The notes beneath the pieces are model-generated. The model ran no database searches, was not told the DNA's origin, and saw only the letters and a program-made list of their open reading frames with translations. DNA of 20,000 nt from an uncultured virus (IMG/VR IMGVR_UViG_3300030118_004714) (taxonomy: Duplodnaviria; Heunggongvirae; Uroviricota; Caudoviricetes), in the IMG/VR virus record IMGVR_UViG_3300030118_004714; one strand, given 5' to 3'. Positions 6,720 to 15,193 of this stretch are shown here, in pieces; within the stretch, counting starts at the first letter, position 1; each line of letters opens with the position of its first letter. Made by a program: the position numbers and the translations under genes.

Positions 6720-8810
6720 ATGTGGACTGAAATTCTTAAGGCTTTGCCTAAAGACCGCATAGATTTCGCTAAAATTGTTCAGAACGATAGAAGATTTTCA
6801 CAGTTATTAGGCACATTAGATAGAAGGTATGAAGGTGGTGCTAAACTTCACCCAAGCCACACTTTAAAAGATATGCTTCGTCAATATGAAAATAAAACAA
6901 TGGGATTAGATATTCTCCAAGCCTTAGCAGATACAGATTATCCGAGGGAAAAATTAGAAGAGAACATGAAAGTCCTCTTAGCAAAAGTCCCGTATAGTAG
7001 TACAGAAATGGGTGGAAAAATTATTGAAGAGGGTTTAGAACTTTTAGATAAAAGAGAAGAGGGAAGATTAACTCCTGTTGAGGAAGAACGCCTTGGCAAA
7101 ATTTATCAAGAGATTTTAGACATGGAATTAAGCGGTACTGAATCAGTTAATGTAAAGGGAAGAAGCACAAGAAGAAAAATGATTGCTTCAAGAAACACCT
7201 TCTTAAAAGAATTTGGCGATTTTATTCTCACTTTCAAAGAACCTCAAGATAATTTTGAAAAAGATATTGATGCTTTTGCCAGAAAAATGTTCACCATTGG
7301 TAATCCTAAAAGAAGAAGACGAGTTGGGCAAAGAATTGGTAAAACTTTAATCACAAAATTTAAAGATGGAGCAGAATTTTTGTCTCAAATTCAAAGTAAT
7401 GATAGATTAAGGACAGCCTATCAACAACTTTTGCGAAAACACAAGCCCGATTTAACTTTAGTCGGTACAAAAACGGCAGAAACTGGCCCAAAAGCAAAAT
7501 TAGAAGCCCTTCATGCTAGAAAAATCACCTTTTCTGCGGAAAATATTGATAGTATTGCAGAAGTTAATGCTTATTTTGATGTTGTTGGTCAATTGCCCGG
7601 AAAAAAGGGCATTTTTATGCCCACAAAAGCCAAAAAAGGAGGCAAAACAGCAAGAATCAGCCCGTCAATCTTTCTTTTGAAGAATGATGCTGATAATTTG
7701 AAGAGTGCAAAGTCTGATTTAAAGAATTTGAACCTCAACCCTTACGCAAATAAAATTCTTTTGAGTGGTTTTACCAAAAAAACTTGGTTCACTGATTTAT
7801 TTAGAGGCGTTAAGATGGATATTTCTTCAAAAAATGACGCTTACAATGCAATTTATGAAGATATTTCAGGAATTTATGAAAAAAGAGGCTCTAAGTTAAA
7901 TTTGTCGGATGAGTTTAATGAAATAGATAATCTATCGCAAGACCCTAAAACTAGAAAATCACAAATTAAACAATTTATTGAAGATAAAGGTCTAAGTAGC
8001 GAAGTGGAAGCCAAGGCAAATGAACTCCAAGAGACTAGATTTAGCAGAGATACCGACACTTTATCAGTCAAAGAAGCAAAAATGGTTGAAAAGGCATGGA
8101 AAGCAATTTCTGATGAAATTACAGCATCATATGATTATCTTGAGGATTTTGATTTAGCCTTTGGAGTAGATGAAGACGGCGATGAATACGGAATAGGTGA
8201 ATTGGAACTTAAAAAGGTTGGCGACAGAGTAGAAATTACATATAGGGATGACCCAGAAGAAAAATTGGAAAGAATAACTGCCACAGAATTGATGGCAATT
8301 TTGAAAAGAGAGGGACAGGGAGGCCAGCAAGATGAAATGCGAAGAATTCGTGATTATTTGGGTCGTGGTGAAGACTTTGAAACTTATTTAGCAACTCTCT
8401 CAAGTGATGAAATTAGGCAAGCCGTTCAAGCACCTTCGGGTTCAAGGGCATATATGGATAAAATTGACCCATTAAACAGTTTATCATATCTCAGCAATAT
8501 CAATGAACAGATGTTCGGGCGGTTTGAAAAAGGCGACCTGCAAGCGGGCTATATTAAGGAAACCTTATTAGCGATAGCCTCTGAACAAGATTCATCGCAA
8601 AAGGCCGCACTCATCAAGCAGTTAAACGATAACATGCTACCCCTTTTGAGGGCCATGTCGGAGTTTATGTTTGATACGGTTCAGGATAGGCTAGAAGAAA
8701 TTGGTCGTAATTATCTAAAAATTGCAGGTAGAAATCAACATGAAGCAGTTTTAATGGCTCTTAAATTGTTCAAAAAGGAGAATCTATTAACAGGAGGTGC
8801 GGAGTTATGA
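6720..8810 (+). CDS. Large helical hypothetical protein (MWTEILKA), possible internal head protein
   Basis: Start moved to ATG 6720 (AGGTGA RBS 4 nt upstream); 696 aa; no recognisable motif. Confidence 0.8.
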   Translation: MWTEILKALPKDRIDFAKIVQNDRRFSQLLGTLDRRYEGGAKLHPSHTLKDMLRQYENKTMGLDILQALADTDYPREKLEENMKVLLAKVPYSSTEMGGKIIEEGLELLDKREEGRLTPVEEERLGKIYQEILDMELSGTESVNVKGRSTRRKMIASRNTFLKEFGDFILTFKEPQDNFEKDIDAFARKMFTIGNPKRRRRVGQRIGKTLITKFKDGAEFLSQIQSNDRLRTAYQQLLRKHKPDLTLVGTKTAETGPKAKLEALHARKITFSAENIDSIAEVNAYFDVVGQLPGKKGIFMPTKAKKGGKTARISPSIFLLKNDADNLKSAKSDLKNLNLNPYANKILLSGFTKKTWFTDLFRGVKMDISSKNDAYNAIYEDISGIYEKRGSKLNLSDEFNEIDNLSQDPKTRKSQIKQFIEDKGLSSEVEAKANELQETRFSRDTDTLSVKEAKMVEKAWKAISDEITASYDYLEDFDLAFGVDEDGDEYGIGELELKKVGDRVEITYRDDPEEKLERITATELMAILKREGQGGQQDEMRRIRDYLGRGEDFETYLATLSSDEIRQAVQAPSGSRAYMDKIDPLNSLSYLSNINEQMFGRFEKGDLQAGYIKETLLAIASEQDSSQKAALIKQLNDNMLPLLRAMSEFMFDTVQDRLEEIGRNYLKIAGRNQHEAVLMALKLFKKENLLTGGAEL

Positions 8811-11653
8811 GCAAAAGATTAACTTTTAAGGAAACTTTAGGCCGCATACCTACTGATGATGAACGGAAAGATTATGCCGCTTCTGCTATGAATAAAGCCA
8901 CAAGAAGGGCATTAAGGGCTAAATTTAGGGAAGAAGTTGAAGCAAACTACAAAGGAGACGACCCCGCTAAGGCAGTTCGTGACTTTTTCCTTGAACTAAA
9001 GGACGCTGTGGGTGAATCATCGGCTATGACTGCTTCTCAATTATCTACTGCTGGCCTTGCTCAGACTGGCGCAGTTTTCTATGAGTTGATGAATCGGTTT
9101 AACATTGTAGATGGAAGAGACATGCCATTAACCAAGGCTAAGTTTGAGGATGGGACTGCTATTGGTAGAAGGGGAAGAATGAGGTTGTCTAATCCTGACC
9201 TATCTATTTTCTCAAATGAAAGAAATGTTATGTTTAATCGTAAAGGCGCAGAAAAGAGTTATCAAGACTACTTAAAATACCTTGAGCCAGAAAAAAGAGA
9301 AAATGTTATTGCGACTGTGAAAAAAGTCAAGCGCACTATGAAAGACATGGCGGCAATAAAAAGGGCAAGAAAGAGAAGTAAGTTAATTAAGGTTGATAAG
9401 TCTGAATTTACTGGAAAAATCAATTTTACAAAGGCTTCTACGAGGGAAGACATTTATGATTTTTGGGCGAGTATAGCACCAAAATATAACAAGGTTAAAT
9501 CTACTCTTGATAAACTATTTTCTGAATTAGAAGACGCTGATGTTTTTGAATCAATGTTAGAAGAACTTGAGAAAAAGAAAGAGGCCGCAGAAAAGGCACA
9601 AGAAGAAAGAACGAAAGATGAAGTAGAAGAAGGCGTACTTACTCCAGAGCAAATTGTTTTCCAAGATTTACAAAATGAAATTGAGAAAAAGAAAGCAGAT
9701 TTTAAAAAGGACTTGGCAAAACTTAAGCAACAGGTAGAGGGAGTTAATTTAGAATACTTGGTTTCTGTAAATCGCCTTAAAGTTCCTTTTGAGGTTAGCC
9801 CTTGGAAAAGAATGCTTGATGCTGTCGCTCGCTATGAGAATGCAGAAAAAGTCTTACAATTCTCAGGAAATCAACAAAAGGAAAGAACTGGGGAAGAACA
9901 GGGTATGAGAGAATCCGAAATTTCTTATTTGGCTGGTGCTGGTGCTGAAATAGATTCAGATAAGGATTTGGATATAGAAATTAATGCGGCTCTCATGCAA
10001 GCCCCGTCAAGCGACGACCAATATTCAGGTGCGACCATGATGGATGTTTCAATTGGTGAAAAGGGACAAGAAGAAAAAGATGTTCTTATACAAGATGAAG
10101 AAAAAAGGTTTCAAAAGATTGCCGAGGAAAAACTTGACCCTCTTCTTGCGATTGAGTCCGTAGCAAATAAGAGGCTAATTTCTCTTGATAAAGAGAGCAG
10201 AGATGTAATGCAAGAACTTGTCAAAGAACTTCGTCAAGGAACAGATTTAGAATTTATTTCACAGGCTGATAAATGGATAGACGAATTAGAAGAAAGTTTT
10301 TTATTAGAAAGGGATGTTTATATTCTTCCTGCGGCTGTTTTTCAATCAAAGAAAGGGGCTGAATTAAATATTAAAAAACTACCCACTGCTGAAGAGGGAG
10401 CAAACTATAAACTTGAGGAACCTTCTACAAAAGGTGTTAAAGTAAGAAATCCAACATTTGCGGATATTATTGACCAAACAGATAATATGATAACTGTCAT
10501 TGATGCAGACGCATCACCACAAATTAATCTTAATAATGTCTTTGATAACATTCATACGCTACTTACTTCCGAAAGATATTCTTTCTTACTTTATCCAAGA
10601 ACAGATGTTGCTAGCAGAACAAAGACAAAAAGAAGTGAAGCGAGGGCGCAAATGCAAGGAGCATCAAGCATCGCAAGGAAAAAAATGTTAGCAAACCTTG
10701 TTGAGCCTATGAGAACAATTGGCAAAGTTCCTGCAAGAAAAGGAAAATTAATTTCGGGGGTTGGCGATAGTGATGTTGGAAAGGCTCTCGCTGAATTTAT
10801 TTTAGCCTGCAACGAATATTACTTTGAGCCGTTTCTAAAAGGCAAGACCCCCTTTGCCTATCCTAGATTTATGTCGGGTGTCGGTATCAAAGCCTTAACT
10901 GTTATTGCAGATGATTTAGGTTATGAAACGATGTCAGGAAATGTTGCGAGAAGACTTTCGGGTATTGCAAAGGTTCAATTAACTTCTGGACAAATGGCTT
11001 CACTTAGCAAGTTTTTAGGCCTAATGGATAAAGCGGTCGTCGTGGACTACAAGACAATAAAACTTGCAGAAAAAGCAGCAAAGGTATTGACAAAGATTTT
11101 TAAGCAAAAAGAAAAAAATCTTGATACTGTTGCTGCTCTTCTTTATAACTTTATGGAACAAACAAAAGAAGGAAGAGAACACCCCTTAGCCACAAAGAAG
11201 TTTAAAGGCGACGATGAGACGATTCGTAAAAGAGCATTAAGTTTTGGTAAATCAGAAGACCCCCTTAGTTATCCAATTTTTTCACTGTATTTATTCTTAG
11301 AACAAAATCAAGGGTTGCTTACTAGAAATAAATCCATAGAAAGGGAATATAATAATCTGATAGAAACACTTACTGAAGTTAATGATGATATGCCAGAAAT
11401 ATTAAGTAAATTACTAAAGGCCCACAATGAAATTAGAAAGGCGATGGGTAAAGAAGTCATTAGAGGTATTTATGACTTCAATCACGATGGTTTTGATAAA
11501 ATTATAGATGTTATGTATAAGAGAGAAAATATCGATTTAAGTCATCTTGAAGTTGAAAATATAATTAAATCTGTTGATTCTCATGAGAATATTGGAAAAG
11601 AGTATGGAATTACTTCAGAGCAAGTTTATTTAATTAAGGCGCATATCAGGTGA
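8807..11653 (+). CDS. Large 948-aa hypothetical protein with coiled-coil segment and C-terminal HTH-like region
   Basis: GGAGGTG RBS; ATGA overlap; E/K-rich coiled coil around aa 250-310; C-terminal HENIGKEYGITSEQVYLIK resembles an HTH. Confidence 0.8.
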   Translation: MSKRLTFKETLGRIPTDDERKDYAASAMNKATRRALRAKFREEVEANYKGDDPAKAVRDFFLELKDAVGESSAMTASQLSTAGLAQTGAVFYELMNRFNIVDGRDMPLTKAKFEDGTAIGRRGRMRLSNPDLSIFSNERNVMFNRKGAEKSYQDYLKYLEPEKRENVIATVKKVKRTMKDMAAIKRARKRSKLIKVDKSEFTGKINFTKASTREDIYDFWASIAPKYNKVKSTLDKLFSELEDADVFESMLEELEKKKEAAEKAQEERTKDEVEEGVLTPEQIVFQDLQNEIEKKKADFKKDLAKLKQQVEGVNLEYLVSVNRLKVPFEVSPWKRMLDAVARYENAEKVLQFSGNQQKERTGEEQGMRESEISYLAGAGAEIDSDKDLDIEINAALMQAPSSDDQYSGATMMDVSIGEKGQEEKDVLIQDEEKRFQKIAEEKLDPLLAIESVANKRLISLDKESRDVMQELVKELRQGTDLEFISQADKWIDELEESFLLERDVYILPAAVFQSKKGAELNIKKLPTAEEGANYKLEEPSTKGVKVRNPTFADIIDQTDNMITVIDADASPQINLNNVFDNIHTLLTSERYSFLLYPRTDVASRTKTKRSEARAQMQGASSIARKKMLANLVEPMRTIGKVPARKGKLISGVGDSDVGKALAEFILACNEYYFEPFLKGKTPFAYPRFMSGVGIKALTVIADDLGYETMSGNVARRLSGIAKVQLTSGQMASLSKFLGLMDKAVVVDYKTIKLAEKAAKVLTKIFKQKEKNLDTVAALLYNFMEQTKEGREHPLATKKFKGDDETIRKRALSFGKSEDPLSYPIFSLYLFLEQNQGLLTRNKSIEREYNNLIETLTEVNDDMPEILSKLLKAHNEIRKAMGKEVIRGIYDFNHDGFDKIIDVMYKRENIDLSHLEVENIIKSVDSHENIGKEYGITSEQVYLIKAHIR

Positions 11654-11658
11654 GTAGC

Positions 11659-11868
11659 ATGAATTGGGAAGAAGTATTAAAGAAGAAGAAAAAGAGAAAG
11701 TCCACCGTAAATCAATCGGGAAACTATACTAAGCCCGGTATGCGTAGAAGAATGTTTAATGCAATTAAGAGAGGCGGAAAGGGCGGTGCGCCCGGTCAAT
11801 GGTCTGCTCGTAAAGCACAAATGCTTGCCCAAAGATACAAAAAGGCAGGTGGTGGCTATAAAAATTAA
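11659..11868 (+). CDS. Small basic protein resembling the N-terminal half of the DUF5872-like family (MNWEEVLKK)
   Basis: NYTKPG...GGAPGQWSARKAQMLAQRYKKAGGGY is recognised from memory; AGGTGA RBS 5 nt before ATG 11659. Confidence 0.7.
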   Translation: MNWEEVLKKKKKRKSTVNQSGNYTKPGMRRRMFNAIKRGGKGGAPGQWSARKAQMLAQRYKKAGGGYKN

Positions 11869-12145
11869 TTGGCGCAAAATTCTCAAAGCCAAGACAAAAA
11901 GGCAACAAGACTTAACCACTTGGACTCAACAAGAATGGGGAAGTCAAGAACAACACCGAGCGAAAGCAAAGGGAAAAAAGCCTAAATCTAAAACTAAAAA
12001 TAGGTATATGCCAAGAGCAACTTACGAAAGAACAGTTGCCGCAGGAAAGCAAGGAACATTGGATTATCAAGACAGAAAGAAAAGAAAAGGCCGAAAGAAA
12101 GGACAACAGCATGTTCCAACAGGAAAGAAGTTTAGCCAGAAGTGA
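11852..12145 (+). CDS. Small basic protein resembling the C-terminal half of the DUF5872-like family (INWRKILKA); start uncertain
   Basis: QQDLTTWTQQEWG...RYMPR...KKGQQHVP; there is no ATG near the motif (candidates are GTG 11849/11852, ATA 11858, ATT 11864). Confidence 0.65.
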   Translation: MAIKINWRKILKAKTKRQQDLTTWTQQEWGSQEQHRAKAKGKKPKSKTKNRYMPRATYERTVAAGKQGTLDYQDRKKRKGRKKGQQHVPTGKKFSQK

Positions 12146-12150
12146 TTTTC

Positions 12151-12663
12151 ATGTGGAAAGATATTCTTAAGGCGATGAATCCTAGAAAAAGGGATAAGTT
12201 ATCTATGTGGGGCGGCGGTGAGTATTTTGGCGAAGGCTATATTGATTATTTTTCTTCTCTTTCGGATGCCATACAAATAGGAAAAAAAAGAGCAAAACAA
12301 ATGGCTAGAAGAAAAGTTACCAAATACAATTATAGGAGCCTTTTTGATGTAGGAAAGGTAAAAGATAAAAAAGGTAAAATTATGTATTATCTATCAACAG
12401 CACACCCTCAATCATGGAAAAAAGAAATAACAAAAGATTTCGTAGATTTTCGTACTTCAAGAGATTTTGGCTACATGCAATACGGTTTTAGCATTGATGT
12501 TTTTGGATTTGTATTTGATGACAAAGTAAATAATTACACCAAAGTAGCAGAAGAACATATGACTCCTGCCGAAATAGACGATTTCAAAAATGATAAGTTG
12601 TATAGTGTCATTATACCATTTCATCGCCCGGAATTCAATGATAGGTTCACGGAACCCATTTGA
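12151..12663 (+). CDS. Hypothetical protein (MWKDILKA)
   Basis: 170 aa from ATG 12151; AGTGA RBS-like upstream. Confidence 0.75.
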   Translation: MWKDILKAMNPRKRDKLSMWGGGEYFGEGYIDYFSSLSDAIQIGKKRAKQMARRKVTKYNYRSLFDVGKVKDKKGKIMYYLSTAHPQSWKKEITKDFVDFRTSRDFGYMQYGFSIDVFGFVFDDKVNNYTKVAEEHMTPAEIDDFKNDKLYSVIIPFHRPEFNDRFTEPI

Positions 12664-12667
12664 TAAG
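12660..12667 (+). promoter_or_regulatory. Possible archaeal TATA-like box TTGATAAG
   Basis: Lies in one of the few intergenic gaps, about 22 nt before ATG 12689; the same core occurs at 18414. Confidence 0.3.
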
Positions 12668-12697
12668 AAGTGTAAAACAAAGAAAACGATGATTTCC

Positions 12698-13156
12698 ATG
12701 CCCATTAGAAAAGTAAAAGGCGGCTACAAATGGGGTAGCAAAGGTAAAGTCTATAAAAATCGTAAAGATGCTGAAAGACAAGCCGCCGCCGCTTATGCTT
12801 CAGGATATGTCAAAAAGGGCTGGCAAGAAGTTTTAAAGAAAGACCCAAAGAAAGGAACGGGAAAGAAACCTAAAGGTTCAGCAAGAAGATTATATACAGA
12901 TGAAAATCCAAAAGACACCGTTCCTGTTAAATTCAAAACTGCAAAAGATGTAAGAGAAACATTTGCTAGTTCATCATTTAAATCAAAGCCACATAAAAGA
13001 CAATCGCAAATAATTAATTTAGTAGAGCAAAGAGCGAGAGTGGCGGCTAAAAGAGCAAAAGACCCCAAAGCAAAAAAAAGATTGAATGCTGCACACAAGG
13101 TAGCATTAGCAAGAAAAGAATCTAGTAAAAGAAAAACAAAGAGGATGAGAGCATGA
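12698..13156 (+). CDS. Highly basic two-module protein joined by internal GWQEVLK motif
   Basis: MPIRKVKGGYKWGSKGKVY...YASGY module followed by DPKKGTGKKPKGSARRLYTDENPKDTV module. The start is ATG 12698 or 12689 rather than 12590. Confidence 0.75.
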   Translation: MPIRKVKGGYKWGSKGKVYKNRKDAERQAAAAYASGYVKKGWQEVLKKDPKKGTGKKPKGSARRLYTDENPKDTVPVKFKTAKDVRETFASSSFKSKPHKRQSQIINLVEQRARVAAKRAKDPKAKKRLNAAHKVALARKESSKRKTKRMRA

Positions 13157-13728
13157 GTTGGTTTTCTATCCTTAAGAAAGAGAAGTGGGAAGGAACGCTC
13201 TCTGCTAAGAAAAAGAAAATGCTTGACCGAAATCCTAAAATTAAAATTGACATACCTAAAATGTCTTATCCAAAAGAAGAGACAGAGATTCCTGCTATTC
13301 TAAAAATCATGGAGAAGAAAGAATTAGACCCAAAACAAATGAAGGATGCTGATTTGAAACCCGATGTTGAAATGTTTAAGATTGCCGGTGTTGATGAAAA
13401 GGAATACATGGATTTTATGAGAGACATAAACTACTATGCCATGACTCTCAAAATGAAATATATGCGACCCCGCCCACATCAAATCTCCGACAAAATTTCA
13501 ACAACAAAGACTAAAACAGACGACACACCAGCGTTTCCCAGTGGACACTCCATGTTGGCGCATGGATTGGAAAGAGTATTGGGTAAAAGATTTCCCGAAA
13601 AGAAAAAGGAACTCAAAGAGATGGCTGATAAAATCTCACTATCAAGAATGCAAATGGGAAGTCATTATCCAAGTGATATTCAAGCAGGAAAGGAAATAGG
13701 CTACATGATAGGTGATAAGTATGAATGA
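13153..13728 (+). CDS. PAP2/haloperoxidase-superfamily phosphatase, soluble (MSWFSILKK)
   Basis: All three signature motifs are present: K-x6-RP (KMKYMRPRP), PSGH (FPSGHS), SR-x5-H-x3-D (SRMQMGSHYPSD). Confidence 0.88.
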   Translation: MSWFSILKKEKWEGTLSAKKKKMLDRNPKIKIDIPKMSYPKEETEIPAILKIMEKKELDPKQMKDADLKPDVEMFKIAGVDEKEYMDFMRDINYYAMTLKMKYMRPRPHQISDKISTTKTKTDDTPAFPSGHSMLAHGLERVLGKRFPEKKKELKEMADKISLSRMQMGSHYPSDIQAGKEIGYMIGDKYE

Positions 13729-14173
13729 TTGGCAAGATATTTTGAAACAACCTGCATTGACACCTGAAGAAGAACAGGAGATTCAATCTCTCATGAGATT
13801 CAGAAATATGGATAGAGCCTCTGCTGAAAGGTCTGTTAGAAGAAAATCTCGTAAAATGGGCCAAGTTAGGCAACCCGTTGGAAGATTGGTAAAGGGAGAC
13901 ATTCAAGAAATTCTAAAATTCAAAAGACGATTTAAAAAAGTCATTAGGAATAAAAAGACAGGTAGAACTAAGACTGTTAAATATGGGCAAGCAGGAAAAG
14001 CCAAAGATGGTAAAGATAGAATTAGACCAAGCACAAAGAAGGGAGATGCCTACTGTGCTAGAAGTATGGGAATAAAAAGAAGGCTACCTAAAGAAAAAAG
14101 AAATGACCCTAATAGCCCTAATAACTTAAGTCGTAAAAAATGGAAATGTCGTGGAACTAAATCAATGAGGTGA
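13721..14173 (+). CDS. Basic two-module protein with YCARS...WKC domain (MNDWQDILKQ)
   Basis: GGTGA RBS 5 nt before ATG 13721; internal IQEILK precedes a K/R-rich domain of a type common in marine virus genomes (from memory). Confidence 0.75.
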   Translation: MNDWQDILKQPALTPEEEQEIQSLMRFRNMDRASAERSVRRKSRKMGQVRQPVGRLVKGDIQEILKFKRRFKKVIRNKKTGRTKTVKYGQAGKAKDGKDRIRPSTKKGDAYCARSMGIKRRLPKEKRNDPNSPNNLSRKKWKCRGTKSMR

Positions 14174-14177
14174 TGTT

Positions 14178-14411
14178 ATGGTTCGTAAAATGACAGATGA
14201 AAGGTTAAGAGAAGATGGCCGAGATTTAATTGAGCAATTGGGAAACTTTTCTGATATTATCAACGACATGAAGGAAATCGTTTATGATTTCGTTGATGGG
14301 CAAGATGTTGATTTAGAAGAACTTAAAAGACTGCTTCTAGGTTTTGATGCAAGGATTTCTAATATTGAAGGAGCCTTTGTGAATATTTTTAGAAGTGTGA
14401 GGGATTCTTGA
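14178..14411 (+). CDS. Small acidic helical hypothetical protein
   Basis: 77 aa; GAGGTGA RBS 4 nt upstream; TGATG overlap downstream. Confidence 0.7.
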   Translation: MVRKMTDERLREDGRDLIEQLGNFSDIINDMKEIVYDFVDGQDVDLEELKRLLLGFDARISNIEGAFVNIFRSVRDS

Positions 14412-15187
14412 TGAGTTGGAAGGATATTCTAAAGGCCGACAATGTTGGTATTTATGGATATTACGAAAGAAATAAAGATGGAAAAGAAATGTTGGATAAA
14501 CCAACTTCTAAGGCATGGTATGACGGTCAGCAAACTTTTATTAATTTAACAAGAGTTAAAGATATAGAAGATTTTATAGAATCTGATTTACACGAAACTA
14601 TTCATAAAGTTACTATATCTGAAATTGATAATGAAATAAAAGATTTCTTATTAGAGGACACCAAATATTTACATGATAGTCCTGAACTATATTCTATTTC
14701 AGGTGGGACTGTTAGACCGAAAAAGCAACTCTTTGATAGTTTAAAGCAAAGGATAGGTAAAAAATTAGCATCACATATTGCTTTTACAGAAATTGTAACT
14801 TTATTACAAAGTGATACTACTAATATAAACGAATATGATAATCTTACTGATTATGATGCTTTACTTACAACTTATTTACCTCAATTTATTAATGAAATGG
14901 AAGAACACTATAAATATATTTTTAGAAATATAATTGTTGGTGCGAAAAATGCTTTGGGTACCGATAAACCATATAAAGAAGTTGTTTCTGAAAGGGATGT
15001 AGATAGACACCAAAGGTTAAGAAAACAATTTAATATAGACATAGGACAAATGGCTGCTCGTATTCTTATAGACACATTAGCAATTAATGAGGATTGGGAT
15101 AAAACAATAGACTTTTCAGAAAATAGAACTGAAACAGTAGCACAAGCAAAGAAAAGAATGGAAGAATCAAGAAAAAGAAGAGGGTGA
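14411..15187 (+). CDS. Putative zincin-like metallopeptidase (MSWKDILKA)
   Basis: LHETIH (HExxH, 14591-14605) preceded by AWYD...TFINL strands; the function is inference. Confidence 0.55.
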   Translation: MSWKDILKADNVGIYGYYERNKDGKEMLDKPTSKAWYDGQQTFINLTRVKDIEDFIESDLHETIHKVTISEIDNEIKDFLLEDTKYLHDSPELYSISGGTVRPKKQLFDSLKQRIGKKLASHIAFTEIVTLLQSDTTNINEYDNLTDYDALLTTYLPQFINEMEEHYKYIFRNIIVGAKNALGTDKPYKEVVSERDVDRHQRLRKQFNIDIGQMAARILIDTLAINEDWDKTIDFSENRTETVAQAKKRMEESRKRRG

Positions 15188-15193
15188 GTCTTA

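Noticed and set aside
12590..12697. Track start codons at 2221, 5810, 6675, 11650, 11759, 12142, 12590 and 13712
   Set aside because: Downstream starts fit RBS spacing, stop/start overlaps and the tag position better; several track starts are the GTG within the GGTGA RBS.
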